Assembly: GCA_977030845.1 (NCBI GenBank)
Contig: OZ365110.1
Span: 20,336,001 to 20,400,000, forward strand
From: Fimbriosthenelais zetlandica
Taxonomy: Eukaryota
DNA: 64,000 bases
Direction: 5' to 3'
The position numbers and the translations under genes were made by a program. Position 1 is the stretch's first letter, and each line of letters begins with the position of its first letter. The notes beneath the pieces are model-generated. The model ran no database searches, was not told the DNA's origin, and saw only the letters and a program-made list of their open reading frames with translations. Below are positions 52,050 to 64,000 of the stretch, piece by piece.

Positions 52050-54677
52050 CGTTTTCTTAAGGAAGAATCCCTCAGAGAACCTCCTCTTGGTCTTTTTGCT
52101 CTGGGTGGAGGTGTCGGGATCAATTTGTTCTACAATCTTTCCACTCCAGTCCTCCTCATCCACACCCATACCCATCACACTGCCTGGGTCAGAGTCATAT
52201 TCACCCTCAGACTCTGTAGCAGATGGGGAAGGGGCGTGACCCCTGATTGGGGGTGTTGATTTAGGTCTCTCAGGCAGGGGTCTGTTCTTCATGGGTGTAT
52301 GGACATTGCTCTGGTTATTATTATAAGATTTGGGAGGGAGGACTGGTCGTCTATCAGGCACAGGTGGTTTATTGAGCACAGGTACAGCAGGGACGAGGAA
52401 CTCAGGCTGAGTCACTGATCGAGTCACTCCCTGATGCTGGAAAACTCTCGGACTAAGTTTGTTCGGGTCAGACGGATCCGAGGCGGTGACCCCTTGTGAT
52501 CTGGTACTGCTCTTTGACCGACGGATCGGACCTCCACTGGTGTTCGATTCAACCGATCTGAGGGAATCCGCATCGCTCCCAGACAGATCCATTGTTTTTT
52601 GCTGGGCTGCGGACTGCATGTAACGATGCATGCTCCGTCTTAAGTTATCTGCACTGTTCTGCTTATCCAGAATATCAAGGGGCGGTTTTTTATGAGAAGC
52701 CTGGGATAACCCACTGGGGTCAGGCATCACTCTGAGGTTGAGGCGATCAAAAGTACTAATGTTAGATCGGCTGTTGTAGGAATGTAAGGAGATGTCATTG
52801 CTGCTGGCTGATGTGTTGAGGTTGGATGAGGTGCTACCAGGGTCTGAGGTACCAGACATGGGGATGCGGAATCCTGCAGGCATCATGGTGCTCAGATCAG
52901 ACTCCCCGGTTGATTTATACATGCTTCCATCGGCCGGATGGAAAGCCGATCTCTCGGCAGTCCAGTTGAGTGAGGAATCCTGGCTGGAGGAAACATTGTG
53001 TGGGAGTAAATGACTGTTATCAGCCATTTCCACCACATACACCCCTTCACCATTAGCGGCTAGCTCCTCTCGAAAACCAAGGCCGCTATCACTGTTACTG
53101 CTGTTACTTTCATTGTTACCCGGCTGGCCATGATTTGCAGCAGCAGGGGCAGCTACCTCCATTTGCTCTTCAGGCTCAGCCTCATTCAAGGATCCGTTTC
53201 GATGACGGTACAACTTGCTGATTTGTTTTACCACAAGCGCAGCTGACTGTGGAAACTCTTGGCATAGTTTAGTGGCTACATTCATGGTGCATTGAATAGC
53301 AAAACTTTTGGCTTTCTGCACATGAACAGTGTGTATAGCCATATCAGGGTCCACCATGAAGACATGACATGAGCTTCCAGCCATTGCCTCCTCATGCAAA
53401 TCCCCATCCAGGTCATCGCTATGGAGTGTTACTATCCCAAAGAAACGTTTATCATCTGGGTAGGTGCCACTGAAGGCAATTCTCTCAGCTGAATAAAGAG
53501 CGACAATACTCCCCAAGGTATTAGTCAACCTAATACCACCAACATATATATCCATCAACACAAGGGTATGCACTCTATGGTCAACCCTCAACCTTCGTAC
53601 GGCACTTCTAATAGATTGCAATCTGGAACACTCCATGTGAGCATCCCTGGGCATTTCCACAGAACCCACATACCCAACAATTATTCTTATATTTAACTGG
53701 TTGGGATCGCATCGTTCTTCATACTCCACATGTTCCGACGTCACGGTTCTGCCAACATGGGGCTGTATGGAGGGGTAGAGTATATTAGACAGATCCTGAG
53801 CCGTCATGCTTGAGGGAACCATTTGGTACTGAGAGGAAGGGGCAGGAGGAGGCTGTGGAAGATTTCTTAAGTTAACCCCACTGTGGAAATTATTGGCAAG
53901 GTTTTCTGGGTTGCTTTGGCTCTTAACCATGCGCATTTCCCTGGTGATGATGGTGTGTTTTGTACCTTGGGCTTGTCGTGCTGATGATGGTCCAGCACTG
54001 TGGTGTTTTTGTCTCCGTGGGTAGACAGCCACACTGAGGGGGTCCATATTCTCAACCCCTCCTCTTCCTGAATGGTTATTTGTGGGTTGGTGGTTGTGGA
54101 ACCATCCACCCCCACCACCCCCACCACTTCCACCCCCACCTCCAGGCTGTACATCCCCACGACCCCCATATCTCTCAACAACTGGACTCAAACCCCTTGT
54201 TCTCAAACTTGGGTTTTGTTGTTTTTTGCTGGGTTGTATGCTCCCAGCGTTTCTGCCCCTAGTATTTTCCGACCTCTCTCGACCGAAGCCCCCATCCTTG
54301 TCACCTTTGCCCTGGTGCTGTCTTAAACGTACCCTATTAGGGTATTTGTTCTTGGGTCGGTTTTGGTAATCATCATCAGAAGAATCCGAGTCATTGCAAT
54401 TTTCAGCAATCACAAGGGTGAGGGTACCACTAGAGGATCCTATGAGCCTAACCACTTCGTCATGAGAGGCCTTGGATACATTGAGATTGTTCACAGAGAG
54501 AAGATAATCGCCCGTTTTCAGGCCACATCGGTCGGCTGGACTACCTGCTACGATACAGCTGAGAATACACGGTTGCTGGCCCGAAATGGTGAAACCATAT
54601 CCATTCTTTCCACGGCTGACGTCGACCGTTTTATTACCATGAGTATGGCGTTTCTTCCTTCGACGTTGGATGTTCAT
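52050..54677 (-). CDS. RGS12: RGS12/loco orthologue, large first coding exon (876 codons): PDZ domain, Gly-rich linker, PTB domain, Ser/Pro-rich disordered region
   Basis: Translation VDVSRGKNGYGFTISGQQPCILSCIVAGSPADRCGLKTGDYLLSVNNLNVSKASHDEVVRLIG matches the RGS12 N-terminal PDZ (aa ~16-93). IIVGYVGSVEMP...FFGIVT...SSCHVFMVDP...CQEFP matches the RGS12 PTB (aa ~330-490). Acceptor cctttattttcag| lies 7 nt before the ATG (exon starts 54684). Phase-0 donor ACG|gtaagt after ...GFFLKKT at 52050; the ORF-track tail beyond it is intron read-through. Confidence 0.95.
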
Positions 54678-56209
54678 TTTTAATCTGAAAATAAAGGAAA
54701 AATTTTGAATTAAAATAAGATATTACAATTATAAATGAAATCCAAGATACATCATGTACAGGTATGTATTTTATATAGATCAAGACCGGCCCTCCAATAG
54801 ATTTGCTTCACATAATATTCTATAAAATAACACTAAAAGTGACCAGTATCTGCAGAGCAATCTATAGAATGTGTCACTAAATCCAAGCACTGTAAGTTAT
54901 GAGATGGTTATGCATTTCATCATGCCATTTATGTAAATAGTGAACCAAATATAAGCAATATCACGTAATATTTTAATTCCACCCTAAGATATGTGTCAAT
55001 CTTTATCATATCATATTCCATAACACAAACAAGAGTGGTATGCAGTACCACAATAGTGAGGTATATAGGCCTAATTAATATTGATAACATTATTTGCCAG
55101 CCCTGGTGCTTAAAATGTAGCCTACTACCGTACTACTGTGTAGTTACATAACCCACTGAGTAGATGGGGGATCTTGGTACACACTATTGTCAAGGGAGAA
55201 GTTTCTGGCTAACCCATATTACATGATGTTGGTATTGTAAGAGATTGTACTAGTATAAAAGGAAATACATACATAAACATTGTATTATTAGGCTACAGGG
55301 TGTCTCAACTCTCAAACGGCTTCATGGCAAGAGACGATAATAAATGGGTTATGATTAATTATGGTAGGCCTATACAGGTACCGTAGCCTACATTTACCTT
55401 CAATACACATGTATATATGGAAGTTGCAACTTGCTTTAAATACCTGCTTTAGACCGAAAAAGATGAGAATTTCCAACAATGTTCATCCCATCTTGTTTTA
55501 TCTTTGTAAACGTAAACGTACAGATCCAGGTTTTCCATAAAAATGATTGACATATTTTAGGGAGAATTCCTTATCCTAATAGGCTAAGTTCAGATTTCCA
55601 AGTTTGAAATCCACAACATTTGCCTTCCACTAAATATGGAATGGCAAAGTGTATGATGGTGATGATGATTTTAAGGTTACACCTGGCCCAGGTGTGCTAA
55701 AGGCAAGGGCTGCTGACCTGTCACTGGGAACAAGGAGTGTAGTAGAACGAGAATGGCCTGGAGTAAACTGTAGTAGGCTACAGTAAAACCTCCAATATAG
55801 CCATTTGCATTTAAAGTGTCAATTTGGCAATTGAGAAAAGGTGGTTATAACTTTAATTATGGAATTCCCCTAAAGCTTGTTAATGAGGGTAGGGGGCACG
55901 GCAGCTCATTAAGATATTTTCCATAAAGAGAAGTGTTCAGTAGGCCCATTAGGGGGTTTACGGCTTTTTGTGTATTGACTGTCCGTTACAGTGGGCTGGG
56001 TCGACAAGCAGCAGGCACCTTGCCAGACACCACAACACACGCGTTATGACACAAAAAATATCCCATCATGGATGAAAATCATAAATTACAATTACCTACT
56101 TCACTTTATATGACGCTAGGGGACTTGTAAAGGTATTGCAAGCCAAAATTTAAGTAAGCCACCTCCATCTATAGTATTAGGATAGACAAAACCATTTACA
56201 GTTTCTTAC

Positions 56210-56690
56210 CATGCACAGTCAGTGTGAATGTGGGGGTGGCCACATTTGTGTTTACACAAAGGTGTGCAAAAATTTCTAACGGTTCCCGCGGGTAATCTAT
56301 TACAAACGTCCATATAGAGGTAAAGGAGGTTCATAAGAACAAATAAGAACCCAGATCCTATCTTTAATACACCGTAAAGGGGAGGAACACGTCTCGGTAA
56401 ATAATTACTAAATGCAAGTTGGCGGAAACTCTCCAAGTCCAAGTCAAGACATTGATTGGCGCACCTGCACGGACACCTTGCAGCAGCTTCCAAGTTCATT
56501 TCTCTCCAAAATACACCTCAAACCCACTCACCTGTCAACAGATTGTCCGCGGCTATATATCCGATATCCACACCTACATCCTTGGAGGGTACAATTGGTT
56601 CAAATCCGAGTTTTCAATCAGTTTCTCCTCCCCAAGTTAGGCAGTTGAGAATTTCGTACCATCAACATGGAGGACGGTTTAGGTCACATG
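56210..56690 (-). other. RGS12: Candidate non-coding first exon of RGS12 (upstream boundary approximate)
   Basis: Consensus donor CATG|gtaaga at 56210, about 1.5 kb upstream of the 54684 acceptor; GC/CpG-richer sequence running into promoter motifs at 56660-56720. TSS not determinable. Confidence 0.5.
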
Positions 56691-56720
56691 ACAGCGAGAA
56701 CGCGTTTTGATTGGCCGTGG
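56660..56720. promoter_or_regulatory. Candidate RGS12 core promoter: YY1-like AACATGGAGG, E-box GTCACATGAC (56683-56692), CCAAT box GATTGGCC (56709-56716)
   Basis: Motifs seen directly, clustered with CpGs at the 5' end of the candidate exon 1; function inferred. Confidence 0.5.
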
Positions 56721-56964
56721 TAGCTGGCACGGGTCAGTGGTTTGACCTGGTTCTCAACACTAGGGAACTGATAAAGGCGTTATTATGGGCCTACATAGAG
56801 CTGGATCAGACCTGGATCGAGAAAAGAAAACAATTTATAACAGTTATGTCGATGAAAAGCATGTAAAAAATATATTTCTAAGTCATTGGGATCATGTCAC
56901 TATTTTTTGTTCCTTTAATTTGTCTGAAAAAGGGTTTTCCATCAAAGTGCCTATTAGTATTTTA

Positions 56965-57500
56965 GCCTAGAGCCTAACATAGATAGGCCTAGGCTACATG
57001 TAGGCCTATAGGCATATACTTGTGATAATTAATTAGACCTAGGCCTATTTAGGCTACCTTCGAATAGGCGACCTCATAAATTAGATAGCCTATGCCGAGA
57101 AGACATTACCGTATTTATCTTATTAGCCTAGATCTTAGGCCTAGGCCTATTAGGCCTAATGCGGTTATAAAATAATATTTTGGCGGTAGGCCTAGGCCCC
57201 ATGCCATTCGGCCTAGCATATTTCCAAAGAGTCCTTTAAGTTTAGTTCATGGCCCTGGGCTTAGGCCTACGCTTCTATTTTGTAGGCCTATAAAATCGAT
57301 ACCCTATAAGGCCTATCAAATTCGAATTCAGAGATAACAGAACTGTAGCAACTTGCTACAGTTCTATGGAGATAATAAGTAGGCCTACCAAGAAATTCAT
57401 AAGGTAGGCCCTAGTCTAGCCTAGTGTAGGCCTACAAGGGCCTATAAGCCTAGGCCTACATAGAGTATGCCCTAGGCTATAGGCAATGCCTCGTGCACTT
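56965..57500. repeat. Dense cluster of the palindrome (T)AGGCCT(A) and variants
   Basis: 13 exact AGGCCT counted by eye in about 480 bp, plus AGCCTA/GGCTA variants, with irregular spacing. Confidence 0.9.
57339..57365. repeat. Perfect 13-bp inverted repeat with 1-nt spacer
   Basis: AGAACTGTAGCAA-C-TTGCTACAGTTCT. Confidence 0.95.
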
Positions 57501-60234
57501 GCCTTATGGTGCAAGAGAAATATTTATGATTATGGTACTTTATGAGACCACAGGCCCGTGATATAGCCTATATCTGTCTGTTGCTTTCGTCTGCTATGTT
57601 ACAGACTAATAAAATGCAAGATGGAATGAGCCTCGTGTGCCGGCCGACCCGTAAATCCCCTTTAAATGGCAATTCTTTCCATTTAGCCTAAGATCTATCT
57701 TTCTTCTTAATGCATTAGGGCCTAATGGCGCGAAAATATAATTCTCGCCCGCACCTGTAGCCTACAGAGCAACTGTGCATCCAGATGGCTATTTAACAAT
57801 AACAGCATCTTTATAGGCTTCTTGCTCCATAACGTTGTAGGCCTATTACTTGTCTGCATTCAATAGATTCTCATGCATCAAACAATGGGAAGCTGCCACC
57901 TGACTAAGTCAGCAATTTGTTATACCCGCATATTGCAGAATGCTCTTACATAATATATCCAATAAAATAACATTGATATTAAGCCCCATATGACGGGGGG
58001 CAAAGGTGTCATGTGTAATACAAACAGTAGGCCCTATACTATAGTCTCCGCACGCGGTCTTATAACACATGATATTTTTCCAGTGGTATTTGCCATCTGT
58101 AGGTCTAAAACTGTCGGTGACTTGCTCTACTAGGCCTACACTTGTATTTAAATTTGGACGAGTCAATATTTAGCTGTATGCACAGCAAAACATCTCTACC
58201 CTAATTAAAATTATCCATTTTCTGCATAACTGGTAATTTTACTGTTCTTCATACATTATTATTAAAAGGAGCTGAGATAGACCTAACTCTTGAGATAAAT
58301 TAAAATAAATTGGGGCAAAATTTAGTAATTATTTTCAATATTTTGGTACGCAAGAGGTGAAACTGTGATGGTGAAGGTATTTAAATTTGTTTCTTTTAAT
58401 TTAATTAAAAATGTTTTTGTTATAATTATGGGCCCAGAATTTCAACTCTGGTAGTGGAGTATAAAATAAGAGAAATCATACTTTCCACCAATAAAAATTG
58501 TAACCAGTAACTACATGTACGTGTACATAAAACAAGGTAGGTTCTGCCAGATATGACCGATTTAGGCGCCGCCTGTCGTTGTTTTCTGTAAGTTGTAACT
58601 GTAAGTTTAGATCTATGCTGATTCTATCCCAAAGAGGAAGAGTCAGCTGAGGGACTGGGGGAAAGAAGAAAAAATAAAAGAGAATAAAGAAAATATTTGG
58701 GAAATCTGAAGAGGGGAATTAAGGTTTGCTTCTGACAGGTTCGTGTGGAGGTGAGGGGCGGTATCCATTGAGATAATATCATGGGGTCTACCTGGCACAT
58801 TATAGGACTGGCTATCTTGGCCTACTATTCAACTCCCAGCAAAATATCCTACAGTATACCTTTATCTAAATAGTTATACACCTGGGCGAACTTTCACTTA
58901 GCCCGTAAAAAATGCCAAAATAGATTTGCGAAACTTGATTTGCAAAGTATAGACTATCTTGCCTAATCCAATTCCTGACTAATGGAAAGTTCTATCCTCA
59001 ATACTTTTGAGTTGGGTAATTTGTGTTATGAATTTATAATTATGGTATTAGACAACCATAGAAATCTATTTAGAATTAAACTTATTAGGGAGAAAATTCC
59101 TCTAATTTTGATGAGTCGGGATAAGCTATCCAAACCATTTTATTTACCCCTCTCTACCATTTGAAAGGTATACCTTTAAATACTTCTGCATCATAATTAT
59201 ATGAACCAACTGAGCTAACTTCGAACAGTATCAGGAATAGGTAGGTCTAATACTAGTACACTGTACAACATTTACATGGGAACAAAGGATGGGTAGAGAT
59301 AGTTGTACCTGTACTACTGAGTTACCTGCTCACGAGCACCCATGGTGGGGGTAGACCATCTGCTACCAGTTATAGACAGGCCTAAGATGGGTAAAAGTTG
59401 GCGGAGAGAAGGGGACCACCGAGAGAAAGGTTAGGGGATGGGTGAAGCCAGGTGCTATATGGAGTGAAGGATGAGTGTCGAGACGTTGAAAGAAAACAAC
59501 ACATGTCGAAACATGGACTTTAGATACTCTTGCGCCATGATACATACATATTTCTTCAGTTGAAATAAATATTTAACCATGCGTTTATATGTTATTTACA
59601 GACCCTTAAATGCACGCACTAAAGAGGTGATGACAATTGATAAAATGCGACATGAAATGGGTAGAATACTTGAATAGGTTCTAACAGTCAATAACAAATA
59701 ATTAAATGATTTTCATATGCTTACATAGAACATTGGGAAAACACAGGGGAGACTTTCTCAGACTTTCTGACAAAGATTCGAGGTGATTTATCTAAACCGG
59801 AGCAGGCTATATCAATATGGAGAAAGGAACACACACATATCCTAAATTTAGAATGAGATACAGCTGACCCAATGCTCTGAGCTCTTAATCTGAAAGAGTT
59901 TTTAAAAGGACCTAAATTTTATAACTAGGGCCTAATTAAGAAGAATAAACTATAGGCCTAGATCAAATTAATGGAGTATAATTTATGCAAATAATTCTCA
60001 AATATATTTGTTGTCTTGGCTTTAATACATTTGGGTTATTCAAGCATCAGTGTACATGTATTTGGCACGATAGGTCATGTCGTCCCTTGATATATTTTTA
60101 GAACTAAAATATTTCAATTGAATGGGATAATTTCACCCTTACTGTTGCCTTGGTTACATATTTATAATACAGGAGGCAGGAAGTGTAGCTATTCGGTCGT
60201 TGAGAGGGTGATGGGGAGGGAAGCCACTATAGGA

Positions 60235-60290
60235 CCACGCCCCTTTAGCCAGCCTCCTATATATATGGGGGTTCAGCAGCCGTGGAGATT
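60235..60290 (+). promoter_or_regulatory. TATA-type core promoter of a + strand gene: GC/KLF box CCACGCCC (60235-60242), TATATATA (60258-60265), predicted TSS ~60288
   Basis: Motif order and spacing seen directly; followed by a short exon with a perfect donor. Confidence 0.55.
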
Positions 60291-60363
60291 CTCCAGAAAG
60301 GCTCACTGGACGCAGGAGGCTTGTTCCAGGTCTCTCCCTTTTAACATCCAACAAACAAAAAAG
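60288..60363 (+). other. Candidate non-coding exon 1 of a divergent + strand gene
   Basis: No ATG; ends ...CAACAAACAAAAAAG|gtgagt (consensus donor at 60364). Confidence 0.55.
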
Positions 60364-62178
60364 GTGAGTCTTACCAATCATAAATGTATTCTTTACTATT
60401 TCGGAGAATCATATGTAACTGCTTGTGTATAATATTATTTCTTCTATTTTAACTTTAAGCACTAAATATTACTTTTATCCTGTAATTATTGTACTTGTTC
60501 AGTCATAGGCTATTATACACCTGGCTCTTATTTTCCTTGGCACATTACATTTATTTGTGGGGATGTTCGGGGAATCAAACGGAAATAATGTCTCCATCAT
60601 TGGATACTGTACCTAACTGCATGCTAATAATTACGTTGTATAGAGCATCTTTACAAGATTTTAGTTATAATTGGAGTGGCTTTTGGATATATTCAAAATT
60701 TCCCGCCATGCATATTCATTTCACATACTTTCTCAAAGAATCAGTATTGATGGAAGATAATGTACATATAGGCATAATCCAAATATCGTACATACCCAGG
60801 AAAGGTTATACCATTTACCCCTTGTACTGATATACAAAGGAACATCCCCGAGAAAGCTGAGTACCAAATGGCAAAGCAAATGTCAAAGTGCTCGTTAGGT
60901 CAGTCACGGAATAGGACTACCATTTAGTCTGTACCTACACCACCTTTGGAAATACCATAGGGACGTACAATGTCCGAGAAATTCTTTCCAATCCAATGAA
61001 ATGATCTACCTTTAGCTTGCTTATGAACTAAGCCAAAATATTGGGCCATATGGTCCAACGCTTGATTAATCACAAGGATCTAAATACAAAAAGTTCCAGT
61101 GGAATTGCTCTTAAGGGAAAGTTCACCGTAAAGACTAACTTAAATATTAGACAGTATGATTTTATGTATGATGCCTAATCCGTCCTAATCCATCACATTG
61201 AGTGACTCACTGATAGAGACCTATATCGGGAGCTTCTGAGAAAATAATTGACTAGGCTTATTTACTTTGGCCGGAACTTCTTTACCGTGGTTACCTAACA
61301 TTATATTCATGGGAAGCATGTCATAAGATATCTTGAATCCGTGTAATATTGCTTACATCCCACTGATGCTTCCTAGCAACACTCAGACGCTCGCCATATT
61401 TGGCGCCCCGTCGCATCAGACCATAAATCCTCCACACCAAATGTTCTAAAAATAGGAAGCCAGGCCTGGGCTTCACACAGCAATGGGACGGCTATAGCAA
61501 TACTTCTCCCTCCCACAACTTTCCCACCTATAACGTTACTCCCATATTTACTCAAGCCACACTTTTATAATTCACCTGGCTTGGGCATGATCAATATATT
61601 GTTGGGCTATGAACAACCAAATTAATGTAGAATAAAACATTATTCAAATTGTACTGAAAACATGCACCGAAAATTATCAAAGTAATTTTAAAGGGAAATA
61701 ATCTATATTTGAAAGAAAATTTAGGCCTACTGAAGCAAATGCTAGTTTGGGTAATCCATTAAAACTGAAATTATGATATTAGTAGGCAAAATCAGATATT
61801 GCATTATTACTGGTTCAACCAGAAATGTTCACTAAAGAAGCTTGCAAAAGGGAATTCCTCCCGCCTTTGTCTACCATCGCTTCTCACCTCCACTCCTCAC
61901 AGCCTTCTCAGGTTTACCTAAGACCGCCAAATATAACTCCAATTCTTATTTTCTCATGGAACAAAGATCCACCAACTGCAACACTCGAGCTCCTCTCCCA
62001 TCTAGTCATCATTTTTTTCTCCCTCCCGAAAGGAGGGCGCTGATCCCCGACGCGAACAAGCAGCTCTGAGCAGAACAAGAAGAGCAGAGCTCGGTGATGC
62101 TCTTTAGCGGCACGCGTCAGGGAGGGGCAGGAGCTAGGGGCTGGTGATGTCTGCAAGCGCCAGAGATATTGCTCTCTG

Positions 62179-62192
62179 GTTCCCATGGAAAC
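62179..62192. promoter_or_regulatory. RFX X-box (GTTCCCATGGAAAC)
   Basis: 14/14 match to GTYNCYATRGNAAC, inside a GC-rich patch. Confidence 0.4.
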
Positions 62193-63072
62193 GGGGCTGG
62201 TGCAGCCAGGCAGGCTGGATCTTGATCTTTGCTGACTATAACTTCTGGTATGTGAAAACATGGCCATGATCCAGCTGCGATGGATGCCCTAATGGTCTGA
62301 GCCCGAGGATAAAGCAGAGACCAACTGCTTGGATACTGACTGCTAACTTAAATTATGACCAATAAAGCCAGTACAACTAAGGGATAAGCTGGAGAGGGCT
62401 GGTGATTTACATGGGAAGGCAAACCACATAGGCCTTAACATGGGTCTGTGTATGATAACAAATTGCTTAGGGAGGTATACAGGGGTCTCTGAATCTATAG
62501 TAAAATCTTCCCATGATTTCGTAGCAAACTATTTTTAAGATTAGCTGCACCAGTCTAGCTGCATGGTCTTTAGCTCAGGTATTTTACGTTGTCCATGAAA
62601 ATAATTACTTTTCATATAAGCTTGTAAGAGAACAGCAGCAATCAACTTTTAGTTTTAATCGGTAGAGGGCAGCAGTGTCCCAGTTTCAGAGAACTCATAT
62701 ATTACATAGCTGCACTGCGATTACAGGCCTTCATAATTGTACTACCCCAATATAGTTCAATCGTAGCGTAATCCCCATGTTTATGCTATCGTTTATAATT
62801 ATATGCTATTTCCCATCAGATCTTTTTAAAAACTTAAAAGCTCCCGTCAATCTTTTCTCAGCAAATGAGGTTGGACAGAACCGTGCATACTCAACCCAAT
62901 CTGGGTAGTAGGCTAATCATAAATTTTAATATGTTTGTGCCTGTCATTTTGATCAAGAGATCTTGGCGTAGCTCTCCAAGAAAACCTAAGTCGCCTTTTA
63001 AGCCCTTTACATTGTAGATCTCAAACCTGTCATGTCTTATCCATATTTTTCTCTCTTTTCAGCCTTCCAAAC

Positions 63073-63081
63073 ATGGGTGAG
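63073..63081 (+). CDS. Start of an unidentified + strand gene (M-G-E) within a 19-nt exon 63063-63081; remainder outside the window
   Basis: tttttctctcttttcag|CCTTCCAAACATGGGTGAG|gtaagt: near-ideal acceptor, Kozak AAACATGG and donor. Confidence 0.65.
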
Positions 63082-64000
63082 GTAAGTCCATTTTGATTTC
63101 AATCCTTTTAATACACATCGCGTATAACATCCAATAAATTAATAATAAGATTTTAATATATGATATAAGATAAACCAATTATATATTATAATATGCACAT
63201 TATTTTCTGTCGATAATTATGTCTTTTATAAAAATCAATTACTGAAACTTTTGGACAGCTTGAGTCAGGAGACAATATTCGTTGTTCTATATTCTACTCA
63301 AGTTTCTCTATATATTAAATGTATACTGAGCAAGGTTGAGTCTATTTTGCCTTGCCCAGATTGGGTGCGGCTACCTGCCCCAACTCCAACCATGCACCAG
63401 GGCAATCTGAGTCAGTGTAACTATCCCCTTCCCCCAACCCCAATTTCCTCCAGCCTTCAGCTATCCCCCAACCCCCAAACCACCCACAGGGCCTCTAAAG
63501 CCGGTTGCTGTTTTCGGGTTGACTGATTGCATGCCAGAAGCCACTTAGAAGGTGGACTCGATCCTCCCCAGCCTCCTCAATCCACCCCACCCCACCCTAT
63601 GTTTCCAGTCACTGAACGCCAAATTAGGGGGCTCTAAATGATCAAATTCAATGGGGAATATATCTTAGAATTAATCACACCGAATGATTGAAAATGAGTC
63701 TTAAATTGTACTTTAACAATCCATGGATGCATGTACAATGTTATAACAATCTGAAATGGATGTAATTATTGGATACTTTAAATTACATTTTCGATTAATT
63801 TTAAACCCGCATTAGGATTTGAACATCGAGAACCCAGGGAGATCCAATGGTTCCAAGGGCTAGGCCCTCCAGTAGCACACTCATACAAGCCCGTATAGGA
63901 GGGACTAGGGCAGGTTTGGAGTATTCAAAGGATTGCTAACACTGTGCCAAGGTGATATTTTACTACCCAATATCAAGGAAATAGATTGGAATATTACAAA

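Noticed and set aside
52792-54683. + strand ORFs of 73-106 aa (52792, 54072, 54080, 54082, 54363) and a minus-strand alternate-frame ORF (53867)
   Set aside because: Shadow ORFs of the GC-rich RGS12 exon.
58885-61130. Similar 16-mers TAAG(G/T)GAAAGTTC(A/G)CC at ~61113 (+) and ~58885-58902 (-), like TTAA-flanked DNA-transposon ends
   Set aside because: They face outward rather than enclosing one element, and no partner ends were found; at most isolated relics.

Overview
Eukaryotic, AT-rich, intron-dominated animal DNA; the dense TAGGCCTA/TACATGTA palindromes suggest a marine invertebrate, possibly an echinoderm (inference only). Most of the window is the 5' three-quarters of one minus-strand gene, an RGS12/loco orthologue. 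It has a 2.6-kb exon encoding PDZ and PTB domains (52050-54684), four short frame-preserving linker exons spread over about 44 kb, and a cluster of RGS-box and post-RGS exons at 1.7-5.1 kb. The joined exons give about 1,210 codons with no stop. The Ras-binding and GoLoco exons expected for this family must lie beyond the left edge. The long introns hold several candidate alternative first exons ending in phase-0 donors, an AG|GTAAGT recursive-splice-like site, RFX X-box motifs and many short decayed coding-like patches I could not assign. At the right end a second gene appears to start divergently on the + strand (GC box, TATA, non-coding exon 1, then a 19-nt exon carrying ATG-GGT-GAG). I found no rRNA, tRNA, CRISPR array or intact transposon ORF, and no convincing evidence of a wholly new system. 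The most interesting signals concern the isoform architecture of RGS12.
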